Shown in pieces: positions 47,037-58,149 of a stretch of DNA of 64,000 nt. Positions within the stretch are counted from its first letter, which is position 1; each line of letters begins with the position of its first letter. The notes under the pieces are model-generated. The model searched no databases, had not been told where the DNA came from, and saw only the letters and a list, made by a program, of their open reading frames with translations. The position numbers and the translations under genes were made by a program. The stretch comes from a bacterium (GTDB lineage Bacteria > UBA8248 > JACPRG01 > G963555815), in assembly GCA_965218795.1 (NCBI GenBank), contig OZ244653.1:352001-416000 (forward strand). Reading direction: 5' to 3'.

Positions 47037-48767
47037 ATGAGCGAGCGGTTGATCGGGGCGGAAATTTTCGTGAAGTGTCTGGACGCTGAGGGCGTGAAGC
47101 ACGTCTTCGGATATCCGGGAGCGACACTGTTGCCCGTTTACCGAATGATGGAGAGGTACTCGATTCGGCACATCCTGACGAGACACGAGGCCGGCGCGGT
47201 CCATGCCGCAGAAGGCTATGCGCGGGCGTCGGGCCAAGTGGGGGTCTGCCTCACCACGTCCGGTCCCGGGGCCACCAATCTTGTGACCGGCATTACAGAC
47301 GCGTTTATGGACTCGGTCCCTCTGGTGGCTTTTACCGGTCAGGTCCCATCCGACATGATCGGCAATGACGCTTTCCAGGAGGCGGACATCGTCGGAATCA
47401 CCCGGACAATCACCAAGCACAATTACATGGTGAACAACGTGGGGGATTTGGCTCGTGTCCTCAAGGAGGCATTCCACATTGCGAGTTCCGGCCGCCCGGG
47501 GCCTGTTTTGGTGGATCTTCCCAAGGACATCCTCGTAGCCAAGGCGGAATTCCAATATCCCGAACGGGTGGAGTTGCGTTCCTACAAGCCCATCGTGACG
47601 GGTCACGGGCGCCAGGTCCGCCGCGTGGCCGAAGCCATCAAAGAGGCTGAGCGGCCTGTGATATACGCGGGAGGGGGCGTCATCATCTCCGGGGCCTCCG
47701 ATGAACTTCGAAAGGTGGCAGAGAAGACCCAGACCCCGGTGACTCTTACGCTGATGGGTCTCGGGGGGTTCCCGGGCGACAATCCTCTGTTCATCGGAAT
47801 GCTCGGTATGCACGGGACGGCCTATGCGAATTATGCCGTTGCGAATTGCGACCTGTTGATTGCCGTCGGAGCGCGCTTTGATGATCGTGTGACAGGGAAG
47901 CTCAATGGTTTCGCCCCCCATGCGCGGATCGTTCATATCGATATCGACCCGACATCCATCAGCAAGAACGTCAAGGTGGATATTCCGGTTGTCGGGGATG
48001 CGCGAAATATTCTCAGGGAGTTGAACAAGATCGCTCCTCGCAGGCGGAGCAAGACTTGGCTGAAGCAGATTCTCGATTGGAAGGCGCAGCACCCTCTCGA
48101 CATGGAGGAGCGGCCGAAAGAGATCAAGCCGCAGCATGCCATCCGTGCTCTATGGGAGGTCTGCGACGAGGAGACTATCATCACGACCGATGTGGGACAG
48201 CATCAGATGTGGGCGGCCCAATATTATGCTGTCAAAAAGCCGCGTACATTCATCTCATCCGGCGGTCTTGGGACGATGGGCTTCGGGTTTCCGGCCGCTT
48301 TGGGGGCCCAGGTGGCAAAACCGGACCGGCAGGTGGTGGCCATCCTGGGGGATGGGGGATTCCAGATGGCCGTCTATGAGATGGCGACGGCCATTCAATA
48401 CGGCTTGCCCGTCAAAGTATTCGTCCTCAACAATTTCTTTCTCGGCATGGTCCGTCAGTGGCAGGACCTGTTCTGGGAAAAGGAATACCTGAATACGGAT
48501 CTAGCGGTGAACCCGGATTTCGTCAAACTGGCCGAGGCTTACGGAGCCACGGGTCTGGTCATCGACAAACCCGCTCATTTGAAGGCGGAACTGGAGCAAG
48601 CCTTGAAAATGCCGGGACCGGTCGTCATCGATTGTCGCGTCAGCAAAGAGGAAAACGTATTTCCCATGGTGCCGGCCGGAGGCGGCATGGGGGACATGAT
48701 CCTGTCCCGAACGGAACTGAAAAAAACCGGGGGGAAGCGAAGCCGCAAAAAGGCGGCGGCGAGCTGA
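47037..48767 (+). CDS. ilvB: Acetolactate synthase large subunit
   Basis: FGYPGA, RHE, TSGPGATN, DAFQE, GMHG, RFDDRVTG, GDGGF..NN ThDP motif. Confidence 0.95.
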   Translation: MSERLIGAEIFVKCLDAEGVKHVFGYPGATLLPVYRMMERYSIRHILTRHEAGAVHAAEGYARASGQVGVCLTTSGPGATNLVTGITDAFMDSVPLVAFTGQVPSDMIGNDAFQEADIVGITRTITKHNYMVNNVGDLARVLKEAFHIASSGRPGPVLVDLPKDILVAKAEFQYPERVELRSYKPIVTGHGRQVRRVAEAIKEAERPVIYAGGGVIISGASDELRKVAEKTQTPVTLTLMGLGGFPGDNPLFIGMLGMHGTAYANYAVANCDLLIAVGARFDDRVTGKLNGFAPHARIVHIDIDPTSISKNVKVDIPVVGDARNILRELNKIAPRRRSKTWLKQILDWKAQHPLDMEERPKEIKPQHAIRALWEVCDEETIITTDVGQHQMWAAQYYAVKKPRTFISSGGLGTMGFGFPAALGAQVAKPDRQVVAILGDGGFQMAVYEMATAIQYGLPVKVFVLNNFFLGMVRQWQDLFWEKEYLNTDLAVNPDFVKLAEAYGATGLVIDKPAHLKAELEQALKMPGPVVIDCRVSKEENVFPMVPAGGGMGDMILSRTELKKTGGKRSRKKAAAS

Positions 48768-48809
48768 ATCTTTCGGCCGACCCCGAACACATCCAGGAGG
48801 ACTCCGACC

Positions 48810-50489
48810 GTGCAGAAACTCGGCTCGGAAATCGTTATTGAGGAATTGAAAAAGCAGGGAGTGGAAGTCAGCTTTGGTATGCCCGGAGGCACCATCATGC
48901 CTCTCTACGATTCTCTCTACCAAAGCGAGATCAAACACATCCTGATCCGCCACGAGCAGGGGGCCGCCATGGCCGCCGACGGCTACGCGCAGGCGACCGG
49001 GAAGGTGGGCGTCTGCATGGCCACCTCCGGGCCGGGGGCCATCAATCTGCTGACAGGTCTGATGCATTCCCTGATGGACTCAGTCCCGATTGTCGCCCTG
49101 ACCGGACAGGTTCCGACTACGATGATCGGCAGCGACGCCTTTCAGGAAGCCGACGTTTACGGCATGAGCATCCCCTGTACGAAGTACAACTACCTGGTGA
49201 AGGACATCACCGAGCTGCCCAAGGTCATTCGAGAGGCTTTTCACATCGCCCGATCCGGCCGGCCGGGCCCCGTGCTCATTGATATACCGAAAGACATCCA
49301 GGTCGGGACGGGCGAGTATGAACCCGATGCGACTTATGAACACTCTTTGATGGACTACCAGCCGCCCCTGGAAGTCGATCCGGAAGGAATCGCCCGGATG
49401 TGCGAGGTGATCCGCAATGCCAGGCGGCCGGTCATCTATGCAGGGCATGGGATTGTGCTATCCGGTTGTTCCGACCTGCTGCGTCAGTTCGTCCGGAAAA
49501 CTCGAATCCCCATCACGACGACACTGCTCGGACTCGGGATCTTTCCGCTCTCGGATCCCCTGTGTTTGGGAATGCCAGGAATGCATGGCAGCCACACGGT
49601 CAATTACGCCCTGTCCGAGACAGACTGCTGTATCGCGCTCGGTGTCCGGTTTGACGACCGCGTCACGGGCGATGTCCGCAAGTTTGCCTCGAAGGCGACC
49701 ATCTGTCACGTTGATATCGACGCCGCAGAAATCGGCAAACGGGTCAGGCCCCAGGTTTCCCTCCACGCGGACGTGGGGGCGGCCTTGGAAGCCCTCCTGC
49801 GGGAAGTGGACCCCGGCGACTACTCTGCTTGGCGGGAGGATCTCTCCGAAACAGATCGCCGCTACCCGCTCAAGTACAACTGGGACGGGACCGTCAAACC
49901 CCAGTATTTCCTGGAGCAGTTGTTCGAGATTGCGGGGACCGACCTCATCATGTCGACCGGCGTGGGACAGCATCAAATGTGGGCGGCCCAGTTCTATCCC
50001 TTTGACAGCCCTCGGCGCTGGCTGACCTCGGGCGGACTGGGTGCAATGGGGTATGGACTACCGGCGGCCATCGGAGCGCAGGTGGCTTTTCCGGATAGTT
50101 TGGTGATCAACCTGGACGGGGATGGAAGCTTCCAGATTAACATCCAGGAGCTGGCCACCATCGACCAGTATGACCTGCCCGTGAAGACGATTATCCTGAA
50201 CAACCAGTATCTGGGCATGGTCCGTCAATGGCAGGAATTCTTTTTTGAGAGGCGATATTCCGAGAGCTACTACACGCGCAATCCGGATTTTGCCAAGGTG
50301 GCGGAGGGGTTCGGAATCCGCGGTATGCGCATCAAGGAAGTGGACCAGGTCCGCCCTGTCCTGGAAGAAGCGCTCTCCCATGATGGACCGGTGGTCCTGG
50401 ATGTCTTTATCAATCAGGAAGAAAACGTCCTGCCCATGGTTCCCTCGGGAGCGGGCCTCATGGAGATGATCGAGGAGAATTACGGCTGA
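48810..50489 (+). CDS. ilvB: Acetolactate synthase large subunit (second paralog)
   Basis: RHEQGA, TSGPGA, DAFQE, GVGQHQMW, GDGSF..NNQYLGMVRQWQ. Confidence 0.95.
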   Translation: MQKLGSEIVIEELKKQGVEVSFGMPGGTIMPLYDSLYQSEIKHILIRHEQGAAMAADGYAQATGKVGVCMATSGPGAINLLTGLMHSLMDSVPIVALTGQVPTTMIGSDAFQEADVYGMSIPCTKYNYLVKDITELPKVIREAFHIARSGRPGPVLIDIPKDIQVGTGEYEPDATYEHSLMDYQPPLEVDPEGIARMCEVIRNARRPVIYAGHGIVLSGCSDLLRQFVRKTRIPITTTLLGLGIFPLSDPLCLGMPGMHGSHTVNYALSETDCCIALGVRFDDRVTGDVRKFASKATICHVDIDAAEIGKRVRPQVSLHADVGAALEALLREVDPGDYSAWREDLSETDRRYPLKYNWDGTVKPQYFLEQLFEIAGTDLIMSTGVGQHQMWAAQFYPFDSPRRWLTSGGLGAMGYGLPAAIGAQVAFPDSLVINLDGDGSFQINIQELATIDQYDLPVKTIILNNQYLGMVRQWQEFFFERRYSESYYTRNPDFAKVAEGFGIRGMRIKEVDQVRPVLEEALSHDGPVVLDVFINQEENVLPMVPSGAGLMEMIEENYG

Positions 50490-50490
50490 C

Positions 50491-50997
50491 ATGAGGCAAA
50501 TGCTATCCATCCGGGTGCGGAACCATCCCGGCGTCCTCTCCCATGTTGCCGGACTTTTCACGCGGCGTGCCTTTAATATCGAGAGCATTGCGGCCGGACC
50601 GACCGAAGACCCGGATATCACGCGGATTCATCTGGTGGCACAGGGTGACGAGAGCCAACTGGCCCAGGTGACCAAGCAGATCCGAAAGCTTATCGACGTT
50701 CTGGAGGTGGAACCGCTCTCCTATGCGGGTGCCGTGACGCGGGAACTCGCCCTGATTACGGTTTACTCCACCCACGAAACCCGCCGGGACATTCTGTTGG
50801 TGTGCCAGGCCCTGGACGCCCGGGTGGTGGATATCTCCTCCAAGGTCATCACCCTAGAGCTGACCGGGAACGAGCGCCAGATCAGCAATGCTATCCGAAT
50901 GATGGAGCGGTTCGGCATCAAGCATATCGCCCGGACCGGCATGATCGCCCTTCCTTTCGAGAGTATTACGGAGGAGGGACGGGAAATCATGAGTTGA
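50491..50997 (+). CDS. ilvN: Acetolactate synthase small regulatory subunit
   Basis: [26 protein letters not shown] domain; KLIDV; ARTG. Confidence 0.92.
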   Translation: MRQMLSIRVRNHPGVLSHVAGLFTRRAFNIESIAAGPTEDPDITRIHLVAQGDESQLAQVTKQIRKLIDVLEVEPLSYAGAVTRELALITVYSTHETRRDILLVCQALDARVVDISSKVITLELTGNERQISNAIRMMERFGIKHIARTGMIALPFESITEEGREIMS

Positions 50998-51001
50998 GGG
51001 G

Positions 51002-51508
51002 ATGAGCGGATCCCCCACACGGCATACCATCGCCGTACTGGTCGAAAACCGGTTCGGCGTCCTGGCGCGCGTGGCAGGTCTGTTCAGCGCCAGGGGATAC
51101 AACATCGAGAGCCTCTCCGTCGGGGAGACCCAGGAATCCGGGGTTTCCCGGATGACCATCGTCACCTCGGGTGACGATTTCATCATCGAGCAGATCATCA
51201 AACAGCTTCATCGACTGATCGACGTCATCAAGATTGTCGATCTGACCGATGAGTCTCACGTCGATCGTGAGATGGTCCTCATCAAAGTGAACGCCGGCGC
51301 CGCGGTTCGTGCTGAGGTTCTCCGAATCGCTGATATCTTCCGCGCCAAAGTGGTCGACGTATCGGCCAAGACGTACACCATCGAGGTGACTGGAGACGAG
51401 GGGAAGATCAGCGCCATTCTCGAACTCCTCCGACCGATCGGCGTCAAGGAAATCGCCCGGACGGGAAAAGTGGCCCTCTCCCGGGGAAACAAGACGCTCA
51501 AAGCATGA
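51002..51508 (+). CDS. ilvN: Acetolactate synthase small regulatory subunit (second paralog)
   Basis: [24 protein letters not shown]; [13 protein letters not shown]; EIARTG. Confidence 0.94.
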   Translation: MSGSPTRHTIAVLVENRFGVLARVAGLFSARGYNIESLSVGETQESGVSRMTIVTSGDDFIIEQIIKQLHRLIDVIKIVDLTDESHVDREMVLIKVNAGAAVRAEVLRIADIFRAKVVDVSAKTYTIEVTGDEGKISAILELLRPIGVKEIARTGKVALSRGNKTLKA

Positions 51509-51558
51509 GGCTCGCGGGATCCCCTCCGTCCGCCTGAATCCGGAAAGGAATATCGTTC

Positions 51559-52206
51559 ATGCGTTTCCCCCTGGCCAGGGATGGTTTTCCCTATGTGGGG
51601 ATTGGGGTGGTGCTGGTGGTGGGAGCCGGCTTCCTGGGCTGGTCGGCCGCGGCGGGATTGATAGGGCTGCTGACCCTTTTCATTGGGTATTTTTTTCGCG
51701 ATCCGGAGCGGCTCGTACCGGCGGACCCGCGTGCGGTCGTCGCGCCCGCGGACGGAAAGGTCGACTTGGTGCGATCGGACGATTCCGGCACGACGCACAT
51801 CAGCATTTTCCTTTCCGTATTTGATGTCCACATCAATCGATCGCCTGTTACGGGGAAGGTTGTGGGGTCCGAGTACCGGCAGGGGAAGTTCCATATGGCG
51901 AACTGGCCGGAGAAATCGGCGGATAACGAGCGGAATACCCTGCGCATTCTTTCAGAGGTGGAACCCGGGGTCGAAGGCCCGGAGGTTGTCGTAAGTCAGA
52001 TTGCGGGCGCGATCGCCCGTCGGATTATTTGTTGGACAAAGCCCGGCGAAGTCCTCCGCGCGGGGGAGCGTTTTGGCCTGATCAAGTTCGGCTCCCGGGT
52101 GGATCTCATACTTCCGCCGCCCGCCCGCGCGGTGGTCTCGAAAGGGGACCGGGTCCGGGGGGGGCTGGACATTGTCGCGCATTGGGAGGATGCCGATGAG
52201 TCGTAG
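51559..52206 (+). CDS. psd: Phosphatidylserine decarboxylase proenzyme
   Basis: FFRDPER, APADG, DVHINRSP, QIAG, FGSRVD cleavage motif. Confidence 0.93.
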   Translation: MRFPLARDGFPYVGIGVVLVVGAGFLGWSAAAGLIGLLTLFIGYFFRDPERLVPADPRAVVAPADGKVDLVRSDDSGTTHISIFLSVFDVHINRSPVTGKVVGSEYRQGKFHMANWPEKSADNERNTLRILSEVEPGVEGPEVVVSQIAGAIARRIICWTKPGEVLRAGERFGLIKFGSRVDLILPPPARAVVSKGDRVRGGLDIVAHWEDADES

Positions 52207-52984
52207 ACGACATCGAATGCGCCGAGGTCGAAACCGGATGCGCCGGGGGATTCTTCTGGTCCCGAGCCTGTTCACCACAGGTGGGATGGTTGCCGGGATT
52301 TATGCTCTTCTGGCGGCCGTGAACGGGTTCCATTACAAGGCGGGAGCGGCCATCATCATTGCAATGATACTGGACGGTCTTGACGGAAGGATCGCCCGGA
52401 TGACGAGCAGCAGTACCGCATTCGGCAAGGAATATGATTCGCTGTCTGACCTCATGGCGTTCGGAGTGGCGCCGGCCGCTTTGCTGTATACGTGGGTGCT
52501 CCGTCCCTATGGCCGAATCGGATGGGTCGGAGTGTTCTTGTTCGTGGTCTGCGGCGCATTGCGGCTGGCGCGGTTCAATACGCAGTCGGATTCGGACAGC
52601 CGAGACCGATTTACGGGGCTTCCCATCCCCGCGGCGGCCGGACTGGTTGCTTCCTCGGTGATGTTGGTCGAGGAGTTCTCGCTGTTCACCTCACCTCCCG
52701 CCTTGGGGACGGCCGTTCTGGCATACGTCCTGGCGTTTTTGATGGTCAGTAACGTGCCGTACCGCGATTTCAAGCAGGCCGTATGGAAGGGCCGTAAGCC
52801 GTTCAATCTGTTGGTGGGGTCTGTCTTGATCCTCGTGGTCGTGGCCACTTTTCCCCATATCACTCTTTTTCTAGGCCTTTCGGTCTATGTTCTTCTCGGC
52901 CCCATCGAAAGCTTTTTCCATTTATTTGTGAAAAAGCAGGAAGAAGAAGTGCCAGAACACGCCGGAAACCCCATGAAACCATAA
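52196..52984 (+). CDS. pssA: CDP-diacylglycerol--serine O-phosphatidyltransferase
   Basis: PSLFT, DGLDGRIAR..FGKEYDSLSD..FGVAP, LRLARFN, FTGLPIP. Confidence 0.93.
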   Translation: MSRRRHRMRRGRNRMRRGILLVPSLFTTGGMVAGIYALLAAVNGFHYKAGAAIIIAMILDGLDGRIARMTSSSTAFGKEYDSLSDLMAFGVAPAALLYTWVLRPYGRIGWVGVFLFVVCGALRLARFNTQSDSDSRDRFTGLPIPAAAGLVASSVMLVEEFSLFTSPPALGTAVLAYVLAFLMVSNVPYRDFKQAVWKGRKPFNLLVGSVLILVVVATFPHITLFLGLSVYVLLGPIESFFHLFVKKQEEEVPEHAGNPMKP

Positions 52985-53063
52985 GTTGCATGTCAAATAC
53001 TTGTCATTTCCTTCACTATTCAGTACTATGTTATTGAAAGCTCTAACCTTACAGATTTAGCAT

Positions 53064-55403
53064 TTGATCGCAGGTGAAGGTCTTCGGAATCTCCGGGCAG
53101 TTCGGTTTCTGTCCGGGAAAGGCCGTGCACTGGTGAAAACGCTCGTTAGGGCGGTTGCAACGATTTGCACTTTCGCAATCTGCAGCCTCCCGACGTTGGG
53201 TCTGGGCCAATCAGGGCCTGAGCCCGTCTCTCCTCCTGCGCCCGAGTCGCCGGGCGGGAAAAACCCTGTCCCCGTCGATACACCCCTCATCCCTCTGTCT
53301 CCCTCGACGCCTCAAACCCCTTTGGGAGGGAAAGCGCCGAGAGGGATTCCCCCTCAAATTCGCCTTCCCGGTGAGGAAACGCGAATTCGCGCCGACTCTC
53401 TGACCGAAGACACTGCCAGGAAATTGGTGGTCGGGGAAGGCTTCGTCGACGTTCAGTATCTCGGAAACCGCCTGCAGGCCGACCGGGTTCAGATCAACTT
53501 TGAGTCGGGGCAGGGCGTCGCTGAGGGCAATGTGATTTTTCAGGACAAAGGTAACCGGATCGTTTGCGATCGGATCGAATTCAATGTGCGGCGGCAGCAG
53601 GCCATCCTCTATGGAGCCCGGGGAGAGCTGGGTCGTGAGTACAAGATTTCCGGTGAGCGTCTGGAGCGTCAGGATGTCAACCGCTACCGGGTTCAGGGAG
53701 GCTCTATCAGCACGTGTCAGGGGCCGGTTCCGGAATGGCAGTTCCGGTCCGGTTCGATGGATGTCACGTTGGAGGAGTTTGCGTTTATCCGTCATCCGAC
53801 ATTCTGGGTGTTGGGCTTTCCCATCGGCTACCTACCGTTTCTGATTGCGCCACTCAAGGCTAAACGCTCGACCGGGTTCCTGGTTCCTTCCATCGGGAAC
53901 AGCGAGCGGGACGGGTTCAGGTACAACCAGCAATTTTTCTGGGCCTTCTCGGATTACGCCGATGCTACGTTCGGAATAGAAATTCGGACCGAGCGTGGGT
54001 TGGTACCCAGCGCGGAGGTGCGATATCGACTGAGTTCGACGACATCCGGGCGGGCCGATTTTAAGTTTCTGGATGACAAGCTGACGAGGGAGACGTTTTG
54101 GAGAGTCCGGGCCGAACACCGGCAGGAGTTTGGTGAGAAATTTGAGGGCTTCTATACGGTTGAACGAGTGAACAACGGGAATTTCGATTCGGACTTTGAA
54201 GATGATCTGGGCATCCGGACCCGGCGGGACGTCGAATCCAAAGTCAACCTCCAGAAAAATTGGGATTCGGCATCTTTCCAGGTTTTTGCGCAATTCGTGG
54301 ATTCGGCAGAAGAGGTGAGGAAGGATTTTCTTCATCGTGCGCCCGATGTGAACTTCAAGTTGAGTCCCTCCGTGAGGAAGGTGGGGCCTGTGACAATCAG
54401 CCCGTCAATTCAGAGTTCCCTCGTCCGGTTCGACCGGCGGGACGGCACACAAGAGGATAATCAGTGGCGAATTGATATGGCTCCCAAGCTCTCCGTTCCA
54501 TTGTCAGATATTCAGTGGCTGACCTTCAGCCCATTCATGCAGGCGCGAGCCACATGGTATACGGATGGCCGGGAGCCTGCGGATAGAAGCATCAAGACGG
54601 ATTCATTCTTTCGAATGCTATGGTCAGGAGGCTTGGACGTGGAGGGCCCCAAACTCTTTCGCACATACCCCCTGAAATTCGAAAAATTCCCTGCCGCCAA
54701 GCATCTGACCCAGTTGAATATCAACCACTTCTATCGTCCTGATATCGATGCGGATGACCGGGCCAAGATCGTTCAGTTCGATGACACGGACCGCCTCGAA
54801 CCGCGGCACACGCTGTCCTACAATTGGGAGAATCGTCTTCTGGCCAAGGTTCCCATCGGCAGGGAGGGTTTCGAATCGCGTGAAGTGGTTTTGACGACCC
54901 TTTCACACTCGCTGGACATTCGGAAACTCGACGAAGGGGAGGAGCGGCCCCTAGGCGATGTGGCCCTGCGCATCGAATCGAAACCGTTTCGATTGTGGAA
55001 GATCGGCTTCAATACCGCGTACAACATTTACGATGAAGAGTTCTCCTCCTACTCCGTCAGCCTGGACATCCGGGAGGGCCGGGAATGGTTCGTGCAGCAC
55101 GAAACCCGTTTTGCCGACCGCAAGGAGGGAGAATTCGATAAGTTCACCAATGTATTCTCCGCCGGTTTGCGGATTTTGAAGGTATTCTTCATCGAGGGCG
55201 GGGCCCGATGGACAGGCGAGGACATGGGGCCTTCCGAGAAGAACATTATCTTCCGGTATCGGGGCTGCTGTTGGGGATTGACTCTCGAATACCTGGACCG
55301 GGAGGACGATACTTCCTTCCAGATCGGGTTCTCTCTGGTCGGATTGCTGGGAGGCGAGGGGGCCCCGACATTCAAATTCGGTCGCTCAGGCTCGGATGGA
55401 TAA
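53064..55403 (+). CDS. lptD: LPS-assembly protein LptD
   Basis: IRADSL/LQADRV OstA-like domain, STC, RSTGFLVP, beta-barrel region, C-terminal CCWG; start uncertain. Confidence 0.85.
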   Translation: MIAGEGLRNLRAVRFLSGKGRALVKTLVRAVATICTFAICSLPTLGLGQSGPEPVSPPAPESPGGKNPVPVDTPLIPLSPSTPQTPLGGKAPRGIPPQIRLPGEETRIRADSLTEDTARKLVVGEGFVDVQYLGNRLQADRVQINFESGQGVAEGNVIFQDKGNRIVCDRIEFNVRRQQAILYGARGELGREYKISGERLERQDVNRYRVQGGSISTCQGPVPEWQFRSGSMDVTLEEFAFIRHPTFWVLGFPIGYLPFLIAPLKAKRSTGFLVPSIGNSERDGFRYNQQFFWAFSDYADATFGIEIRTERGLVPSAEVRYRLSSTTSGRADFKFLDDKLTRETFWRVRAEHRQEFGEKFEGFYTVERVNNGNFDSDFEDDLGIRTRRDVESKVNLQKNWDSASFQVFAQFVDSAEEVRKDFLHRAPDVNFKLSPSVRKVGPVTISPSIQSSLVRFDRRDGTQEDNQWRIDMAPKLSVPLSDIQWLTFSPFMQARATWYTDGREPADRSIKTDSFFRMLWSGGLDVEGPKLFRTYPLKFEKFPAAKHLTQLNINHFYRPDIDADDRAKIVQFDDTDRLEPRHTLSYNWENRLLAKVPIGREGFESREVVLTTLSHSLDIRKLDEGEERPLGDVALRIESKPFRLWKIGFNTAYNIYDEEFSSYSVSLDIREGREWFVQHETRFADRKEGEFDKFTNVFSAGLRILKVFFIEGGARWTGEDMGPSEKNIIFRYRGCCWGLTLEYLDREDDTSFQIGFSLVGLLGGEGAPTFKFGRSGSDG

Positions 55404-55618
55404 ATCCAATCCCTCCCCTCCCTTTGCCTTTCTTGACTTTTCAGGGAGGGCCGCCGTATCGTGGCGGCACTTGGGGAGAGCGGGGCGCCCGATCCGGTGA
55501 TCGGCCTTGTGATCCGGAGATGCAAATCCGTTCAGCCTGAGCCGGAAGTGAAAGTGAACGAAGGAATTCGATTCCCTGCCTTGACGTATCCGGTTTCCAC
55601 CCGCCTGGAATTGGCTCA

Positions 55619-56683
55619 GTGAAGGGACTCATACTCAGCGGCGGCCGAGGCACCCGGCTTCGACCCATTACCTACACGAACGCCAAACAACTCATCCCCG
55701 TTGCAAATCAGCCTGTTCTATTTTACGGGATTGAAGCCATCCGGGATGCGGGAATCCGGGAAATCGGGATCATCGTCGGAGACACTCATGCGGATATCGA
55801 AGCCGCGGTGGGCGACGGTTCCCGTTGGGATGTGGAGGTGACCTACATCCATCAGGAGGAACCGCTGGGTCTCGCCCATGCCATCCTGACGGCCGAGCCG
55901 TATCTCGGGGGTTCGCCTTTCGTCATGTACCTCGGGGACAATCTCATCATGGGCGGTATTCGCGAGCTGGTCGACGAGTTCAGAGGAAATTCGCCCAACG
56001 CGATGGTTTTGCTCTGTCCCGTGCCGAATCCCAGTCAGTTCGGAGTGGCCGAATTAGAAAAGGATCGGGTCGTCCGCTTGGAGGAAAAGCCTGCGGAGCC
56101 GAAGAGCAATCTGGCGTTGGTGGGTGTGTACATGTTCGACCAGCAAGTGTTCGGTGCGGCGCGGTCCATCGAATACTCGGACCGAGGGGAGCTTGAAATC
56201 ACCGATGCCATTCAACGTCTGATCGACAACGGGTGTGTCGTCCATTCACACGTCGTCCGCGGCTGGTGGAAGGACACGGGGAAGTTGGAGGATTTGCTCC
56301 AGGCCAATCGTCTGATCCTGGATGGATTGGAAGACCGGCGCGATGGCGTTCTGGATGAATCCTCACGGATTGAATTTCGCGTGGTCCTGGAAGAGGGAAG
56401 CCACATCGTGAACAGCACGATCCGCGGTCCGGCGGTGATCGGCAGGGGAGCGGAAATCCGGGATGCCTTCGTGGGGCCCTTCACGGCCGTGGGGGACAGG
56501 GTGTGCATCGTCGGCAGCGAAATCGAGAACAGCATCGTGCTCGAAGACAGCTCGGTCCTCAACATCCACCGGCGGATCAGCGACAGCCTCATTGGCCGGA
56601 ATACCGTGATTGAGAGCACCGATGCAAAGCCCGCAGCCTGCAGGTTCATGGTCGGCGATAACAGTCAGGTGAATATCCAATGA
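55619..56683 (+). CDS. rmlA: Glucose-1-phosphate thymidylyltransferase (long form)
   Basis: GGRGTRLRPIT..KQLIPVAN, LGLAHA, YLGDN, EEKP, RGELEITD, WKDTG. Confidence 0.93.
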   Translation: MKGLILSGGRGTRLRPITYTNAKQLIPVANQPVLFYGIEAIRDAGIREIGIIVGDTHADIEAAVGDGSRWDVEVTYIHQEEPLGLAHAILTAEPYLGGSPFVMYLGDNLIMGGIRELVDEFRGNSPNAMVLLCPVPNPSQFGVAELEKDRVVRLEEKPAEPKSNLALVGVYMFDQQVFGAARSIEYSDRGELEITDAIQRLIDNGCVVHSHVVRGWWKDTGKLEDLLQANRLILDGLEDRRDGVLDESSRIEFRVVLEEGSHIVNSTIRGPAVIGRGAEIRDAFVGPFTAVGDRVCIVGSEIENSIVLEDSSVLNIHRRISDSLIGRNTVIESTDAKPAACRFMVGDNSQVNIQ

Positions 56684-57177
56684 GCCGGCCGGCGAGTCAG
56701 AACGGCCGGATTACGAAAGATCTGATTTCCGGCGTCCATACCAAGATACTCAAGCGCATCCCGGATGAGCGGGGTTGGCTCATGGAGATGCTTCGCGCAG
56801 ATGACCGGATATTCATGAAATTCGGCCAAGTCTATCTCACAGCAGTTTTCCCGGGTGTCGTCAAGGCTTGGCATCACCATAAGAGCCAAACGGATCATTT
56901 TGTCTGCGTTCAGGGAATGGCGAAGGTCGTTCTCTACGATGATCGCGCGGATTCAACGACGCATGGAGCGATCAACGAGTTTTTCATCGGGGAGATGAAC
57001 CCGATGCTTGTGCAGATCCCCCCCTTGGTCTATCACGGGTTCAAGGGGATTGGTCCCGAAACGGCGGTGGTCCTGAACGTGCCCACCGAAGTCTATCGGT
57101 ACGAGGAACCAGACGAGTACCGTCTGGAGCCCCACGGCGGGTCGATCCCTTACGATTGGAGCCGGAAGGACGGTTAG
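56680..57177 (+). CDS. rmlC: dTDP-4-dehydrorhamnose 3,5-epimerase family
   Basis: DERGWLME, GVVKAWHHH, YHGF cupin motifs. Confidence 0.88.
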   Translation: MSRPASQNGRITKDLISGVHTKILKRIPDERGWLMEMLRADDRIFMKFGQVYLTAVFPGVVKAWHHHKSQTDHFVCVQGMAKVVLYDDRADSTTHGAINEFFIGEMNPMLVQIPPLVYHGFKGIGPETAVVLNVPTEVYRYEEPDEYRLEPHGGSIPYDWSRKDG

Positions 57178-57184
57178 TCGGGGG

Positions 57185-58111
57185 ATGGATTCAGCGATCC
57201 AGGAAGAGGGTGCGCACCACCGAATGGTGCAGTCCAAGGCGTTACGAATTGTCGTCACGGGCGCGGAGGGGATCGTCGGATCGGCCCTTCGGGAGCGTCT
57301 GCCCCAGGAACCCGCGACGATCGAAGTCGTAGGCCTGACCCATGCTGACCTGGATGTCACGGACGCCCGGCGCGTCGAGGAGCGGCTGGTAGAGATTGCG
57401 CCGGACGCGGTCATTCACGCAGCCGCCTACACTAATGTGGACCAGTGCGAGGAGGAGCCCGACCGCGCCCGGGAGGTGAACGCCGAGGGAACCGCCCATA
57501 TCGCAAGGGTCTGTAAAGCGCTCGGGTGCAGCCTGATCTACCTGAGTACGGATTATGTGTTCGACGGCAAATCGGACCGGCCCTACCAGGAGGAGGACCC
57601 CGTTTCCCCCCTCGGCGTATACGGCGCGACGAAATGGGAGGGGGAAGTCGCCGTCCGGGAGCAAGGCCCGGAAGATTCTCTGATCGTTCGCACGGCGTGG
57701 ATCTATGGGCGGGGGGGCCGTCATTTCGTGGACGCGATTCTCGAAAAGGGAAACCTGGGCGAGCCCCTTCGGGTGGTGACGGATCAGCGGGGATCACCGA
57801 CGTACGCCGGGGATCTGGCCGACGCCCTGAAAGACTTGCTTGCGGCCCGGGTCCGGGGCACGGTTCACGTGGCGGGACAGGGGGATTGTACTTGGTATGA
57901 GTTCGCGAGGGAGATCCTGAAGGCTGCGGGGTTCGATCCGGGGCTTGTGGAGGAAACGACATCGACCACCCTCGGCCGAAGGGCGCCCCGGCCGTCCTAT
58001 TCGGTCCTGGACGACGCGGCCTTCCGCGCCCGGACCGGGCGGGCGATGCGCCCTTGGCCTGAAGCCCTGAGGGATTACCTTGCGCAGCGGGGGGTGTTGT
58101 TGGAAGCCTGA
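57185..58111 (+). CDS. rmlD: dTDP-4-dehydrorhamnose reductase
   Basis: TGAEG, AAYTNVD, STDYVFDG, YGATK, DQRGSPT, APRP. Confidence 0.93.
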   Translation: MDSAIQEEGAHHRMVQSKALRIVVTGAEGIVGSALRERLPQEPATIEVVGLTHADLDVTDARRVEERLVEIAPDAVIHAAAYTNVDQCEEEPDRAREVNAEGTAHIARVCKALGCSLIYLSTDYVFDGKSDRPYQEEDPVSPLGVYGATKWEGEVAVREQGPEDSLIVRTAWIYGRGGRHFVDAILEKGNLGEPLRVVTDQRGSPTYAGDLADALKDLLAARVRGTVHVAGQGDCTWYEFAREILKAAGFDPGLVEETTSTTLGRRAPRPSYSVLDDAAFRARTGRAMRPWPEALRDYLAQRGVLLEA

Positions 58112-58149
58112 TTTACATTCGCCTTTTTGCTGCTTTCGGAGATTTCATT

